A stretch of DNA of 64,000 nt, taken from NCBI GenBank assembly GCA_964553275.1, contig CAZKKG010000001.1, forward strand, positions 36,993 to 100,992, given 5' to 3'. Each line of letters begins with the position of its first letter. Position 1 is the first letter of the stretch. The notes below the pieces were generated by a model that did no database searches, was not told the origin of the DNA, and worked only from the letters and a program-made list of their open reading frames with translations. Positions 1-10,160 of the stretch are shown here, piece by piece. The position numbers were made by a program, and so were the translations under genes. Origin of the DNA: an uncultured Candidatus Saccharibacteria bacterium. GTDB taxonomy: Bacteria > Patescibacteriota > Minisyncoccia > Minisyncoccales > CAZBVF01.

Positions 1-1154
1 GTAGAAACTTTATCGATCATTTCAAAAATTTCTTCAGGTGTTAAGGTTTTTTCTTCTAAAAGCTCCTGGACTCCATAAAAAGAAGCTAAATTGTCTGACG
101 GCTCAAGGGAAAGAGCCATCTTGCCCTTGATATTATCCTTTGCCTTCTTAAGTTCTATAACAGAAATCTCCTCGCTAAAGATTTTCTCATATTCTTTTAA
201 AATAGCTGAGATTGCTTTTTCTACATTCTTATTGTCAACACCGGCCTGAGTCACTAAAAACCCAGTATCAGGATTAGCATCAACGCTTGTGCTTATATAA
301 TAGCATAAACCCAATTTTTCTCTCAGCTCAACAAACATTCTGGAACTCATCATGCCTCCTAAAATTCTTGCCAAAAGCACCGTTGGATATCTGGCAAGAT
401 GAAACATATTATACGCCCTCACTCCCAGACAAAGATGAGTTTGATCGGTTTTTTTATGATGCAAAAGGAAGTTAGGAGAATTCTGGCTTTCTAAAACCTT
501 TGGTTTCTTTAAGGAAACACCCTTTGATATTTTAGCAAAGGATTTTCTAACTGACTTTACAGCTTCTTTTGAATTTATCTTTCCCGCAACGCAAATTATT
601 GTATTGGAAGACGTATATTGGCTGTTTCTGTAGTCAAATAATCTTTTTCTAGTCATTTTCATCACATTTTCTTTGGTCCCGGCAATATTCCATCCAGCGG
701 GCTGGTCACCATAGAGGAGTTCCTGCCACAAAACCTGAAGATAACTCATAGGATGATCTCTCAACATATTTATTTCTTCAACTATCACTCCCCTTTCTTT
801 CTTGATCTCCTTTTCGGGCAAAGTAGAATTTAAAAAAATATCAGAGACCCAATCTAAGGCAAGTTCGAATTTAGAAGATTCAACCTTAGCAAAGTATCCA
901 GTATATTCTTCCCCCGTAAAAGCATTGTAAACTCCTCCTACTTTATCTAATGTTTCAGCAACCGCAATCGGTGAGGGTCGAAACTTCGTACCCTTAAAAA
1001 ACATATGTTCTAAAAAATGGGAAATTCCATTTGTTTCTTTGTCTTCATATTTAGAACCCGTTTTTACAAGTACTAATACAGTTATTGCTCGGGTGCTTTG
1101 TTGGGAAACGGTAATAATCCTTAAACCGTTATTAAGAACACTTTTTTTATACAT
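1..1154 (-). CDS. M16 family (insulinase/pitrilysin-like) zinc peptidase, runs off the left edge
   Basis: Manual translation from ATG at 1154: MYKKSVLNNGLRIITV...TGSKYEDKETNGISHFLEHMFFKGT...NAFTGEEYTGY, with the inverted zinc motif HxxEH. Not in the ORF track because it is truncated. Confidence 0.9.
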   Translation of the reverse strand, partial: MYKKSVLNNGLRIITVSQQSTRAITVLVLVKTGSKYEDKETNGISHFLEHMFFKGTKFRPSPIAVAETLDKVGGVYNAFTGEEYTGYFAKVESSKFELALDWVSDIFLNSTLPEKEIKKERGVIVEEINMLRDHPMSYLQVLWQELLYGDQPAGWNIAGTKENVMKMTRKRLFDYRNSQYTSSNTIICVAGKINSKEAVKSVRKSFAKISKGVSLKKPKVLESQNSPNFLLHHKKTDQTHLCLGVRAYNMFHLARYPTVLLARILGGMMSSRMFVELREKLGLCYYISTSVDANPDTGFLVTQAGVDNKNVEKAISAILKEYEKIFSEEISVIELKKAKDNIKGKMALSLEPSDNLASFYGVQELLEEKTLTPEEIFEMIDKVS

Positions 1155-1235
1155 ATTTTTCTTAATTATACTTTAATTTAACGAAAAATAAAACCCGCTC
1201 TTAAAAACAGGTTAAGAAATATTTTAAAGACATTA

Positions 1236-2570
1236 TTACTCTTCCAGTTTTTCTTTCAAAAAATTAACCAGCTTTTTGATTTCTATTCTTTCCTGTTTCA
1301 TGGTATCACGATTTCTAACAGTAACAGTATTATCTTCTAATGTTTCGAAATCGCAAGTAATGCAATACATTGTACCTATTTCATCTTGTCTCCTATATCT
1401 CCTTCCGATAGATCCTGCCTCATCGTACTGACAGGAAAAATGAGAATTTAACAAAGAATAAATCTCTTTTGCTTTTTTAATAAGTTCAGGCTTGTTTTTA
1501 ACCAAAGGAAGAACAGCTATTTTTACAGGGGCTAGTCTTTTATGGAATTTCAACAAAATCTCAACTTCTTTTACTGCTTTTGTAGTTTTGGTCCTAGCAC
1601 CTTTGATTTCACTATAGGCATCAGTTAAAAATGCATAAAAAGATCTGTCTGCTCCGACTGAAGTTTCAATAATATGAGGAAAATATTTTTTCTCTTTTCC
1701 TGAAGAGTCTGTTTCTGAATATCTTAAATCCCTGCCTGAATGTTTGGAATGATTCGAAAGGTCATAATCTCCACGGTTATGAATCCCTTCAATTTCATGC
1801 CAGCCAAAAGGGAAATGATATTCAATATCAACCTGCCTTCTAGCATAATGAGCTCTTTTCTTTTCGGGAACCTCGATAGTTCTTAAATTCTCTTTCTTCA
1901 ATCCTAAATCCAAATACCATTTTATCCTACGGTCTCTCCAATATTCAAAAAACTTATCTGCGTTTTCAGGACGGCAGAACCACTGCATTTCCATTTGTTC
2001 AAATTCCCGAGTCCTGTAAATAAAGTCTTTTGGGGTAATTTCGTTCCTGAAAGATTTGCCAATTTGAGCAATTCCAAAAGGAATCTTAAGCCGCATTGAT
2101 TTCCAAATATTCTCAAAATTAACGTAAATGCCCTGGCAAGTCTCTGCTCTTAAATATGTTTCAGAAGCCTCATCTTCAACCGATCCTACAAATGTCTTCA
2201 TCATTAAATTAAACTTCCGAGATTTGCTTAACTTGCCTCCACATTCAGGACAAGTATCACATTTTATCTCATCCTTTTTAAACCTCTTATTGCACTGCTT
2301 GCATTCTACAAGCTCATCTGCAAAACCGGCGGTCAAATGACCTGACGCCTGCCAAACCTTAGGACTCATTAAAATGGCTGCATCCAAACCTACTATTTCC
2401 TTATCACCCCCCAGCATGCTCTGCCACCATTCCCTTTTAATATTATTCTTTGCTTCGACCCCCAAGGGTCCAAAATCATAACAGGAGCCGAATCCCCCAT
2501 AAATTTCAGACGAAGGAAAAACAAATCCCCTTCTTTTGCACAATGATATAATTTTCGAAAATGTATCCAT
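1236..2570 (-). CDS. glyS: Glycine--tRNA ligase, alpha2 (homodimeric) type
   Basis: KRRGFVFPSSEIYGG, YLRAET, FRNEITP..FIYRTREFEQME, anticodon-binding domain SIGRRYRRQDEIGT. Confidence 0.97.
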   Translation of the reverse strand: MDTFSKIISLCKRRGFVFPSSEIYGGFGSCYDFGPLGVEAKNNIKREWWQSMLGGDKEIVGLDAAILMSPKVWQASGHLTAGFADELVECKQCNKRFKKDEIKCDTCPECGGKLSKSRKFNLMMKTFVGSVEDEASETYLRAETCQGIYVNFENIWKSMRLKIPFGIAQIGKSFRNEITPKDFIYRTREFEQMEMQWFCRPENADKFFEYWRDRRIKWYLDLGLKKENLRTIEVPEKKRAHYARRQVDIEYHFPFGWHEIEGIHNRGDYDLSNHSKHSGRDLRYSETDSSGKEKKYFPHIIETSVGADRSFYAFLTDAYSEIKGARTKTTKAVKEVEILLKFHKRLAPVKIAVLPLVKNKPELIKKAKEIYSLLNSHFSCQYDEAGSIGRRYRRQDEIGTMYCITCDFETLEDNTVTVRNRDTMKQERIEIKKLVNFLKEKLEE

Positions 2571-2599
2571 AAACGTTTTTTAAATACTTAAATTATATA

Positions 2600-4288
2600 T
2601 CATCTTACTATACCTTGTTCTTCATCCACGTTTTCATCATCAGGTAAGGTAGTATCTATTGCATCGGCCGTGGACTCTAAAATTTGATTTGTCCATTTAT
2701 CTTCTCCTTTTATCTTAGCATCACTGATTATTTCAAGAACCTTGCCCTTGTCTTCTGGTAAGGGCATTAAAGATACTTGAAAAGAAATGTTCTGAGGAGG
2801 GCTTAAAATTCCCTCACCCATATCCATCTCTCCAAGACTCCAAACTATTTCTCTTGATTCTGAGTCAAAGGCAAAATTTTCAATTTCTTCTTCCGGAAAT
2901 ATCTCTCCCGTCAGGTCAACATTTTTAGGCAAAAGGGCCTTTACTTTTACATTCTCAACATCGTTATAATAGTTCTTTGCTTGCCACATTATAGTATAGC
3001 TGGTTTCTTTACCTACTTGCGGAGGAATTGATCCAAAATTACCAAAAACTTCATCTTTAAAGTATCCTTTTTGAACAACTTCTAATTTTGAGTTAATCTT
3101 AGTTTCAAAATTCTGCCAAATTTGGCTTAAATATACCCTATCTTTAATGGTCGGATTTTTATCTGACTCTCCTTGTATTTCCCAATCTTCTTTCAAATTT
3201 ATCCAAAATTCAACTTCTCCCTCTTCTTTGGCAGGCAAGAAGCGCAGATCAGGATTTCTTTTCCAGTCAAAGATAAGAGAATTGTCTCCCAACTCAAAAT
3301 CTCCTTTATCTGATTTCAAACTCATCATATCAAAGGCTTTTCCTTCCAATTTAACCATCAAAAAAAGATTATTCAAGTCCTTGTCGCCAACATTTCTAAA
3401 AGATATTTGATAATGAAGCAAATCTCCAGGCCGAGCAATGTATTCCGGGTTTCCGTTTATCTGCTGGGAAATATATAAAGAAGGTTGAATTATTTCCAGA
3501 CCCCAATTAATCTCTTTCAATAAAACAAATTCTCCCTCTTGCCATATCCCTAGTTTTGCTTCAAATACCTTATTCTCTCCAACCTTTCCGCTTAACTCTC
3601 CATCAATATTAATCCTGCCCCCTTGATTCCTGTTTAAAAGAGGAACTTCCCATTCGTTTTTTTCCAAACCCAAGGGTTCCGATTTCGTAAACTCAAATCC
3701 TGAAGGATAGTCAATTTTAATTCTCAAGTCAGAAAGAGGGTAATTCAGATTAGAATAGTAAATCAATCCAAGCTGAAGATCTCTGCCTGATTCAAGTTTG
3801 GAAGGTAAATCAAATTCAAAACTTATGGGAACCTTTTTTATCACGGTAGTAAAAGTAGTCGAACTTTCATAAAAAGCTTTTAGATTTTTTGGTCTATAGC
3901 TTAGAGAGGCTCGAGCTGTCTTTAATTGACTCTCTTTTCCAAAAAGACGAGCCTTAAAAGAAATAGTTCTCTCTTCTCCGGGATAGATAGCATCCCCCAA
4001 TTGTTTTTCACCCCTTACCTCCTTTATAGAATTTCCTTCTAATGGCAAGGAATTTTCAGGATATTCGAAAATTAATTCCGGATTTTCTAAACGGATGTCG
4101 CCATTATTCTTGTACTTCACAATATATTCAACTTCCTGGGAAAGTTCTGTTTCTGCGGGACCTAAAATTTCCAATTTTAAAACTTCTTTGGAATAGAGGT
4201 TTTCCTGATAGGAAAAATACCCAACTATTATTAAGATAACAGTTAAAATTATTAAGAAAAAGATGAATTTTTTACCTAAAATACTCAT
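2600..4288 (-). CDS. Membrane-anchored extracellular protein with Ig-like (DUF11-like) beta domains
   Basis: N-terminal TM helix; repeated Y.I.(F/Y).N.G beta-sandwich patterns; 562 aa. Confidence 0.6.
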   Translation of the reverse strand: MSILGKKFIFFLIILTVILIIVGYFSYQENLYSKEVLKLEILGPAETELSQEVEYIVKYKNNGDIRLENPELIFEYPENSLPLEGNSIKEVRGEKQLGDAIYPGEERTISFKARLFGKESQLKTARASLSYRPKNLKAFYESSTTFTTVIKKVPISFEFDLPSKLESGRDLQLGLIYYSNLNYPLSDLRIKIDYPSGFEFTKSEPLGLEKNEWEVPLLNRNQGGRINIDGELSGKVGENKVFEAKLGIWQEGEFVLLKEINWGLEIIQPSLYISQQINGNPEYIARPGDLLHYQISFRNVGDKDLNNLFLMVKLEGKAFDMMSLKSDKGDFELGDNSLIFDWKRNPDLRFLPAKEEGEVEFWINLKEDWEIQGESDKNPTIKDRVYLSQIWQNFETKINSKLEVVQKGYFKDEVFGNFGSIPPQVGKETSYTIMWQAKNYYNDVENVKVKALLPKNVDLTGEIFPEEEIENFAFDSESREIVWSLGEMDMGEGILSPPQNISFQVSLMPLPEDKGKVLEIISDAKIKGEDKWTNQILESTADAIDTTLPDDENVDEEQGIVR

Positions 4289-4297
4289 ATTTATATT

Positions 4298-5050
4298 TTA
4301 AATTTTATTATCAGAAAAATGTCCCAATTCCTGAAGTAAAAAAGAGTAATAATATTCCGAAACCTCTTTTAACTCTTCAAGGTGGTCCTTCTTCATTCTT
4401 ACTTTGTAAAGTAACGCTCTGTCTTTTTTTAAAATTACTCCTAATATTTTAAGAAAATCCAAAGAAACTTTTTTACTTATCTTTTTTTCTCCCCGAGGAA
4501 GGCATTTTTCGCAAATCACTCCTCCTTGTTTGGCATTGAAATACAGAATTCCTGAATTCAATTTTTTCTGGCAAAAAAGGCATTTTTCAGTAGAAGGCCT
4601 AAACCCTACAAAGTCAATAAGATTCCAGAAAAAGTAGTGATATACTTTTAAATCCCGATTCAGCGAATTTCCTTTATTAAGTTCCCGAAAAGTTTTTTCC
4701 AACAAGTTCCAAATATTTTTATCCCTTTCTTGCTCTTCGATTAAATTATCAACTATTTCAGCTGTTTTGTAAGCAATCTTTAACTTTATTAAAGAATCCT
4801 TTATGTTTCTGAAAGATTCAACAGTCTTTGCGTCAGTTAAAGTCTTATGGGTTTTCCCCTGAATAAATTCAATCTCAGTTAGACTAAAAAGATTTAACCC
4901 TCCTCTCAGCTTAGATTTAATCTTTCTTACTGCTTTAGCCAATAAAGCCAGTTTTCCGAATTCTTTGGTATAAATGGTAAAAAATCTATCCGACTCCTTA
5001 AAATCGCGTTCCCCTAAAACAAGTCCCTTCGTTGAATGGTGAATAAACAT
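4298..5050 (-). CDS. recO: DNA repair protein RecO
   Basis: N-terminal OB fold (DFKESDRFFTIYTKEFGK...KAVRKIKSKL); CxxC...CxxC zinc finger. Confidence 0.92.
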   Translation of the reverse strand: MFIHHSTKGLVLGERDFKESDRFFTIYTKEFGKLALLAKAVRKIKSKLRGGLNLFSLTEIEFIQGKTHKTLTDAKTVESFRNIKDSLIKLKIAYKTAEIVDNLIEEQERDKNIWNLLEKTFRELNKGNSLNRDLKVYHYFFWNLIDFVGFRPSTEKCLFCQKKLNSGILYFNAKQGGVICEKCLPRGEKKISKKVSLDFLKILGVILKKDRALLYKVRMKKDHLEELKEVSEYYYSFLLQELGHFSDNKI

Positions 5051-5098
5051 ACAAACAAACTAGCGTTTAGCGATTAGCGGTTGGCAAACAATTTTGCT

Positions 5099-5119
5099 TG
5101 TTGAGGTTTAACCTCGACA
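5099..5119. repeat. REP-like palindrome TGTTGAGGTTTAACCTCGACA
   Basis: 10-bp arms with 1 mismatch; degenerate partial copy GGTTTAACCC at 5141-5150; related copy at 33234-33252. Confidence 0.55.
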
Positions 5120-5161
5120 TCTTAGCGTCGGCCAACTATAGGTTTAACCCCAGCAGATTCT

Positions 5162-8100
5162 CTAAAGTTTTTTAATTGCAATCCAAAGCATTTCCTTGTC
5201 AATATTAACTTCTCTCTCTATATTAAAAACACCACTTTTTCTTTCCTTTAAGATAAATTCCTCCGCCTTGGTTTCCTTTAAAACAAAGTCTTTTGAGTTT
5301 TCTAAAGCTTTATTCAAATTACCGCTTCCAGAATAAACTATTGAAATCTTATCCTTGGGTTTTAGTTTTGCCGCCTTGCGCATTTGCTGAACGTATCTGA
5401 GAACTTCCCTTGCTGTCCCTTCGCGTTTAAGCTCAGGGGTAATTTTTGTATCAAGTTTTACATCTTTTTTGATGGTATTATCAAAAACTATTTCTTTGAC
5501 ATTTATTTCTTCCCTAATCAAGTCCAGCAATTCTTTTTCAAACCCTGCTATTTTCTTCTTAATAATCAACCTCTTTAAAGGTTGGCGTACCTTTATTCCT
5601 GCAGACGATCTCTCAGCTAAACTAAGAGTTATAATTTCCCTTAGTCTTTCCATGTTCTGATTAAGTTTTTTATCAATCAATCTTTTGTCTGCTTTGGGCC
5701 AGTCGCTTAAATGAACGCTCTGCGTTTTATCCTTTGAACTCTTCACTTCCTGAAAGATATATTCGCTCAGAAAAGGAACAAATGGAGCGCTAAGATTGCT
5801 TAGAGTCAAGAGAATAAAGCCTAGAACTTGAGAAGCCTTTTTCAACTCCTGTTCTGTTCTCGGTTTCTGAAACCTTCTCCGGGATCTCCTGATATACCAT
5901 TGAGAAAAATCCTCAACCGTAAACTTCTCAAGGGCTCTGGCAGCAGAAATGATGTCATAACGATTCAACAGCTCGGTAACTTTTTCGGTCAGCTCATTTA
6001 ATTTTGACACAATCCACTTATCCAACAAATCCTTGTCTTTAACATTTATATTTAATCCGATATCTGCCTTCAAAGCAGAAGTCGTGTAGGTCTTAAAAAA
6101 GAAACAGCAGTTCCAAAAAGTCATGATAAATCTTTTCAGGCAATCTTCAACATCTTTATCTTTAAATGATTTACTATCACAAACTTGATTAATGGTATAA
6201 AAATACCAGCGAAGGGCATCGGCCCCATATTTATCAAAGATTTCAGAAGGTCTTACAATATTGCCTTTTGACTTCGACATTTTTTCTCCTTTTTCATCCA
6301 AAACGGGACCGACAGAAACTACATTCCTATACGGAGCATTAAGTCCAAGCAAGGTAGAAATAGCCAACAAAGTGTAATACCAGCCCCGAGTTTGATCAAT
6401 CCCTTCCGAAATAAAATCTGCAGGGAAAGAACGGGGAGGATTAACTTTCCCATCTTTTAAAGAGATGTAACCGTCCTTTGATGTTTTTTTAATTTCTTTG
6501 GCATTAAACGGAAAATGAACTTGAGCAAAAGGCATAGCGCCCGAATCAAACCAACAGTCAATAACATCTGGAACTCTTTTCATTTTTTTTCCGCATTCAG
6601 GACAATTAAATTCTATTTTATCAATGAACGGTCTGTGAAGATCCAAGTCCATATTGTTGTCATAAGGAAGATTTTTAAACTCTATCTTCTCAAATTCTCC
6701 GACATCTAATTTATATTTCTTGCGGAAAGAGAAGAACTCTTCATTTGAAACTCCTTTTACGGCTACCCTGAGCATACTTAAAGGCAATTCATGACTTATT
6801 ATCAAGATATTTTTACCCTTATACTTTTTCTCTATTTCTTTTAAAAAACCATAAACTCTTTTTTTAACATCAGTATAATTTTCCCCTTTAGGAAACCGCT
6901 TTTCAAAAATTTCTTCCAAATATTTACCGTAATATTGATAGGCTAATTTAACCGGTTTACCATTAAAGATCCCTGCATCAAATTCTCTCAATCTTTTATC
7001 AAATTTCGGAGAGATATCAAGCTCTTTTCCAACTATTTCTGCTGTTTGTTTGGTTCTTAATAAATCGGATGAAAAGATAATATCTATTTTTTTGCTCTTA
7101 AATCCTTTTGCTATTTTCTTAACTTGTTCTTTCCCTTTATTAGTTAACGGACATTTATTTTTTTCAGGCCAGCAACAAACAATATTTTTCTGATTTCTCA
7201 AACTATGCCCGTGCCGCAGAATATAGTAAGTGTTTACACTAACCTTTTTAGAGATTAAGTCTTTTATACTGCCCATTATCTCTCCATGTCCGCATTCCTT
7301 ACATTCCCAAATGGGCAAGGGTGTGCCCCAATATCTTTCTCGAGAAAGGGCCCAGTCTTTCAGCTCCCTTAACCACTCTCCAAACCTTCCCTCTTTTAAA
7401 TGACTCGGCACCCAATTTATCTTATTGTTGTTTTCAATAAGCTTCTGTTTTACCTGCTGCATATTAATAAACCAGCCCTGCTTGGCATAATAAAGCAAAG
7501 GAGAATGACACCTCCAACAGAAAGGGTAGTCATGCTCGTATAGTTCCTGAGTAAAAAGAAGGCCTTTATTCTTAAGATAATTTACAATTATAGATTCTGT
7601 TTCCTCGTCTTTCACATATCTTCCGGTAAGTTCTTCTTTAATTCCTTTTATAAACTTCCCTTCTTCGTTAACCGTATGGAAAGTCGGCAATCCTATTTTC
7701 TTGCCCAAAAGGAAATCTTCTTCTCCATACATTACTGCAGTGTGCACAACACCGGTTCCTTCATTGGAAGTAACAAAATCAGCAGGGTAAATTTTATAAG
7801 ATGTTGAAGTTTTTAATTGTTTTATGTCAAACAAAGGTTCGTATTCTAATCCTACCAATTGAGACCCTTTAATGATTTGAATGTTCTTCCATTGTGACTG
7901 AGCACCCTTGAATTTTTGACAGTAATTTTCAGGAAAAACTTTCTTTTTTATCATTTCCTTAAAATTATTCAAACCTAAAATAATACGATGGTTTTTCTTC
8001 TCCGGATCAGGAATGATTATATATTGGGCATTGGAATTAACAGCAAGAGCAACATTGCCGGGCAAGGTCCAGGGAGTAGTAGTCCAGGACAGGATAGAAG

Positions 8101-8746
8101 TGTTTTTCCATTTTGGGTCTGAAGATATTATATTGAAATTGATATAAACCGAATTCTCTTTAACTTTCTTATAACCCATGGCAACCTCATGACTGGAAAG
8201 AGCGGTTCCGCACCTCGCACAATAAGGAACAACTTTATACCCTTTATAAACTAACCCCTTTTGATAAATTTGTTTTAAAATCCACCAGACGGTTTCAATA
8301 TAATCCGTCGTGTAAGTGATGTAAGGATTTTTCATATCCATCCAGAAGCCGGCTCTTTCGGTTACTCTTTCAAAATCTTTTTTGTAAGTCCAGACTGATT
8401 TTCTACATTTTTTATTGAATTTACTAATGCCGTACTTCTCAATATCCTTTTTATTCTTAAGCCCCAATTTCTTTTCTATCTCAAGCTCCACAGGAAGACC
8501 ATGAGTATCCCAACCCGCTTTTCTCTCAACTTTAAATCCTTGCATGGTTTTATACCTGCAGACAAAATCTTTAAAAATCCTAGCCAAAACATGATGTATC
8601 CCGGGTCTGGCATTGGCCGTAGGGGGTCCTTCATAAAAAATAAAATCAGACGCTCCTTTGCGTTGTTTTATGCTCTTTTCAAAGATTTTGTTCTTATTCC
8701 AGAATTTTAAGATATTTTCTTCTGTTTTAGGAAAATTCATTCGCAT
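5162..8746 (-). CDS. ileS: Isoleucine--tRNA ligase with an inserted histidine phosphatase domain
   Basis: EGPPTAN..PGIHH, GWDTHGLPVE, WTTTPWTLP, DWALSRERYWGTP, EGIDQTRGW, KMSKS; RHG-motif insert at about 6660-7236. Confidence 0.96.
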   Translation of the reverse strand: MRMNFPKTEENILKFWNKNKIFEKSIKQRKGASDFIFYEGPPTANARPGIHHVLARIFKDFVCRYKTMQGFKVERKAGWDTHGLPVELEIEKKLGLKNKKDIEKYGISKFNKKCRKSVWTYKKDFERVTERAGFWMDMKNPYITYTTDYIETVWWILKQIYQKGLVYKGYKVVPYCARCGTALSSHEVAMGYKKVKENSVYINFNIISSDPKWKNTSILSWTTTPWTLPGNVALAVNSNAQYIIIPDPEKKNHRIILGLNNFKEMIKKKVFPENYCQKFKGAQSQWKNIQIIKGSQLVGLEYEPLFDIKQLKTSTSYKIYPADFVTSNEGTGVVHTAVMYGEEDFLLGKKIGLPTFHTVNEEGKFIKGIKEELTGRYVKDEETESIIVNYLKNKGLLFTQELYEHDYPFCWRCHSPLLYYAKQGWFINMQQVKQKLIENNNKINWVPSHLKEGRFGEWLRELKDWALSRERYWGTPLPIWECKECGHGEIMGSIKDLISKKVSVNTYYILRHGHSLRNQKNIVCCWPEKNKCPLTNKGKEQVKKIAKGFKSKKIDIIFSSDLLRTKQTAEIVGKELDISPKFDKRLREFDAGIFNGKPVKLAYQYYGKYLEEIFEKRFPKGENYTDVKKRVYGFLKEIEKKYKGKNILIISHELPLSMLRVAVKGVSNEEFFSFRKKYKLDVGEFEKIEFKNLPYDNNMDLDLHRPFIDKIEFNCPECGKKMKRVPDVIDCWFDSGAMPFAQVHFPFNAKEIKKTSKDGYISLKDGKVNPPRSFPADFISEGIDQTRGWYYTLLAISTLLGLNAPYRNVVSVGPVLDEKGEKMSKSKGNIVRPSEIFDKYGADALRWYFYTINQVCDSKSFKDKDVEDCLKRFIMTFWNCCFFFKTYTTSALKADIGLNINVKDKDLLDKWIVSKLNELTEKVTELLNRYDIISAARALEKFTVEDFSQWYIRRSRRRFQKPRTEQELKKASQVLGFILLTLSNLSAPFVPFLSEYIFQEVKSSKDKTQSVHLSDWPKADKRLIDKKLNQNMERLREIITLSLAERSSAGIKVRQPLKRLIIKKKIAGFEKELLDLIREEINVKEIVFDNTIKKDVKLDTKITPELKREGTAREVLRYVQQMRKAAKLKPKDKISIVYSGSGNLNKALENSKDFVLKETKAEEFILKERKSGVFNIEREVNIDKEMLWIAIKKL

Positions 8747-8887
8747 ATTTTAAGAGAATATCATTTATTCTAAAATGTCAACGACAAAAAGACAAGTTTT
8801 GAACAAAAAGAAAGAAAACGTTTTTCTTTTATTTCTCATGCCTTTCTTGACTCTTCACTAACTTTATTTTAACTTGATAGAAAGGTT

Positions 8888-9382
8888 ATGTCTAATTACT
8901 TATTTGATAAAATTGAATTAAAATATAACTTTCAGGTGGTTGAAAGAAGAAAATTTTACACATCTGCCCAGCCCGGCAAGGAATTTCTCTCTTATCTAAA
9001 AGACAAGTATGGAATAAAAACGATAATTAATTTAAGAAATAAAACTAAAAACTTTGAAAGAAATTTCGCAGAAAGCCAAAAAATCCATTTAGTTCATATT
9101 CCTTTAATACCTTTATTGAAAAACCCAAATCAGAAAAAGATACTTTCTTTCTTGAGGGTGTTCAGGCAGAAAAATGAACTCCCGGTGCTTATGCATTGCC
9201 GGCAAGGCAAGGACAGATCCGGCGTAATGAGAGCGCTTTTTCATCTTTATTGCCAAAAATGGCCTTCTGAAAAGATATTTCAAGAAATGAATCGAAAGAA
9301 TGTTAACCTTTACTGGAAAATATTTACAAAGGTGAATTGGAAAAAATTTAAAGAGATTGAATACTATGAAAATCTTATCTGA
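8888..9382 (+). CDS. Cys-based dual-specificity/tyrosine phosphatase (Siw14/PFA-DSP-like)
   Basis: P-loop HCRQGKDRSG (CX5R); SAQP and GIKTIINLR motifs. Confidence 0.85.
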   Translation: MSNYLFDKIELKYNFQVVERRKFYTSAQPGKEFLSYLKDKYGIKTIINLRNKTKNFERNFAESQKIHLVHIPLIPLLKNPNQKKILSFLRVFRQKNELPVLMHCRQGKDRSGVMRALFHLYCQKWPSEKIFQEMNRKNVNLYWKIFTKVNWKKFKEIEYYENLI

Positions 9383-9812
9383 AAACAAAAAGGCCCTTTT
9401 TAACTTCAAAATTCTAGATAAGTTTGAAGCAGGTATAGTTTTAAAAGGACAGGAAGTAAAATCCATTAAAACCAGAGGGGTCAATCTTGCAGGATCTTAC
9501 GTTGTTATAAAAGAGGATGAAGCTTATTGGATTAATGCCGTAATCTCCCCCTATCAGCCCAAAAACACTCCTTCCGACTATAACCCAAAGAGGAATCGTA
9601 AACTCCTTTTAAAAAAATCTGAGATAAAACATTTAATCGGCAAGTCGAAAGAGAAGGGCTTGACTTTAATACCCTTAAAGGTGTATATTGGAAAGAGAAA
9701 AATTAAGATAGAGTTCGGAATCGCCAAAGCAAAGAAGATGATTAATAAAAAAGAGCTTATCAAGAAAAGGGAAACCGAAAGAGAAATTCAAAGAAAATTG
9801 AAAACAATATAA
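9366..9812 (+). CDS. smpB: SsrA-binding protein SmpB
   Basis: ENKKA..F...EAGIVLKGQEVKSI, RKLLL; directly upstream of tmRNA; start MKILSEN at 9366 preferred over 9357. Confidence 0.96.
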   Translation: MKILSENKKALFNFKILDKFEAGIVLKGQEVKSIKTRGVNLAGSYVVIKEDEAYWINAVISPYQPKNTPSDYNPKRNRKLLLKKSEIKHLIGKSKEKGLTLIPLKVYIGKRKIKIEFGIAKAKKMINKKELIKKRETEREIQRKLKTI

Positions 9813-9814
9813 AC

Positions 9815-10157
9815 GGGGATGAAATGTTTCGATGGAACGTTTTTTTAAAACAAGCAAGCCGAGCATTATAGGTTATCTCGTTAAACTGCCTATTAACGTA
9901 TAAGTGCTAACTTATTCAAACAACCCGCATTGGCTTACGCATAATGCCGTTCTCTTGCTGATTCTCGATAGGCAAGATGAACGCTATATTTCGAGATAGG
10001 CGATTGTTTTGTCTCAAACAATCGTTGAAAAATAGAGGCAAAGCGCAGAAGAATTTTACCTGTTTTCCTATCCTCTGCTCTTAAATAAAACAGGTTAAGC
10101 TTGTAGATTTGTTTTAAAAATAATTCCAGACGGGGATTCACCTCCCCCATCTCCACC
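9815..10157 (+). ncRNA. ssrA: tmRNA; tag reading frame ANLFKQPALAYA-stop (9906-9944)
   Basis: 5' GGGGATG pairs with CATCTCC (10148-10154) including the G3-U pair; discriminator A then CC; T-arm GGGGA-TTCACC-TCCCC; TAAGT-GCT resume context; follows smpB. Confidence 0.93.
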
Positions 10158-10160
10158 TTG

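Noticed and set aside
287-475. Numerous short antisense or nested ORFs in the six-frame track (this one as an example)
   Set aside because: They lie opposite or within well-supported genes and show no recognisable motifs
6660-7236. Intein or intron in ileS
   Set aside because: The insert is in frame, lacks intein terminal motifs and has clear histidine phosphatase motifs
8747-8887. T-box riboswitch upstream of ileS (also checked for glyS and tyrS)
   Set aside because: Leaders are short and AT-rich, with no T-box antiterminator consensus
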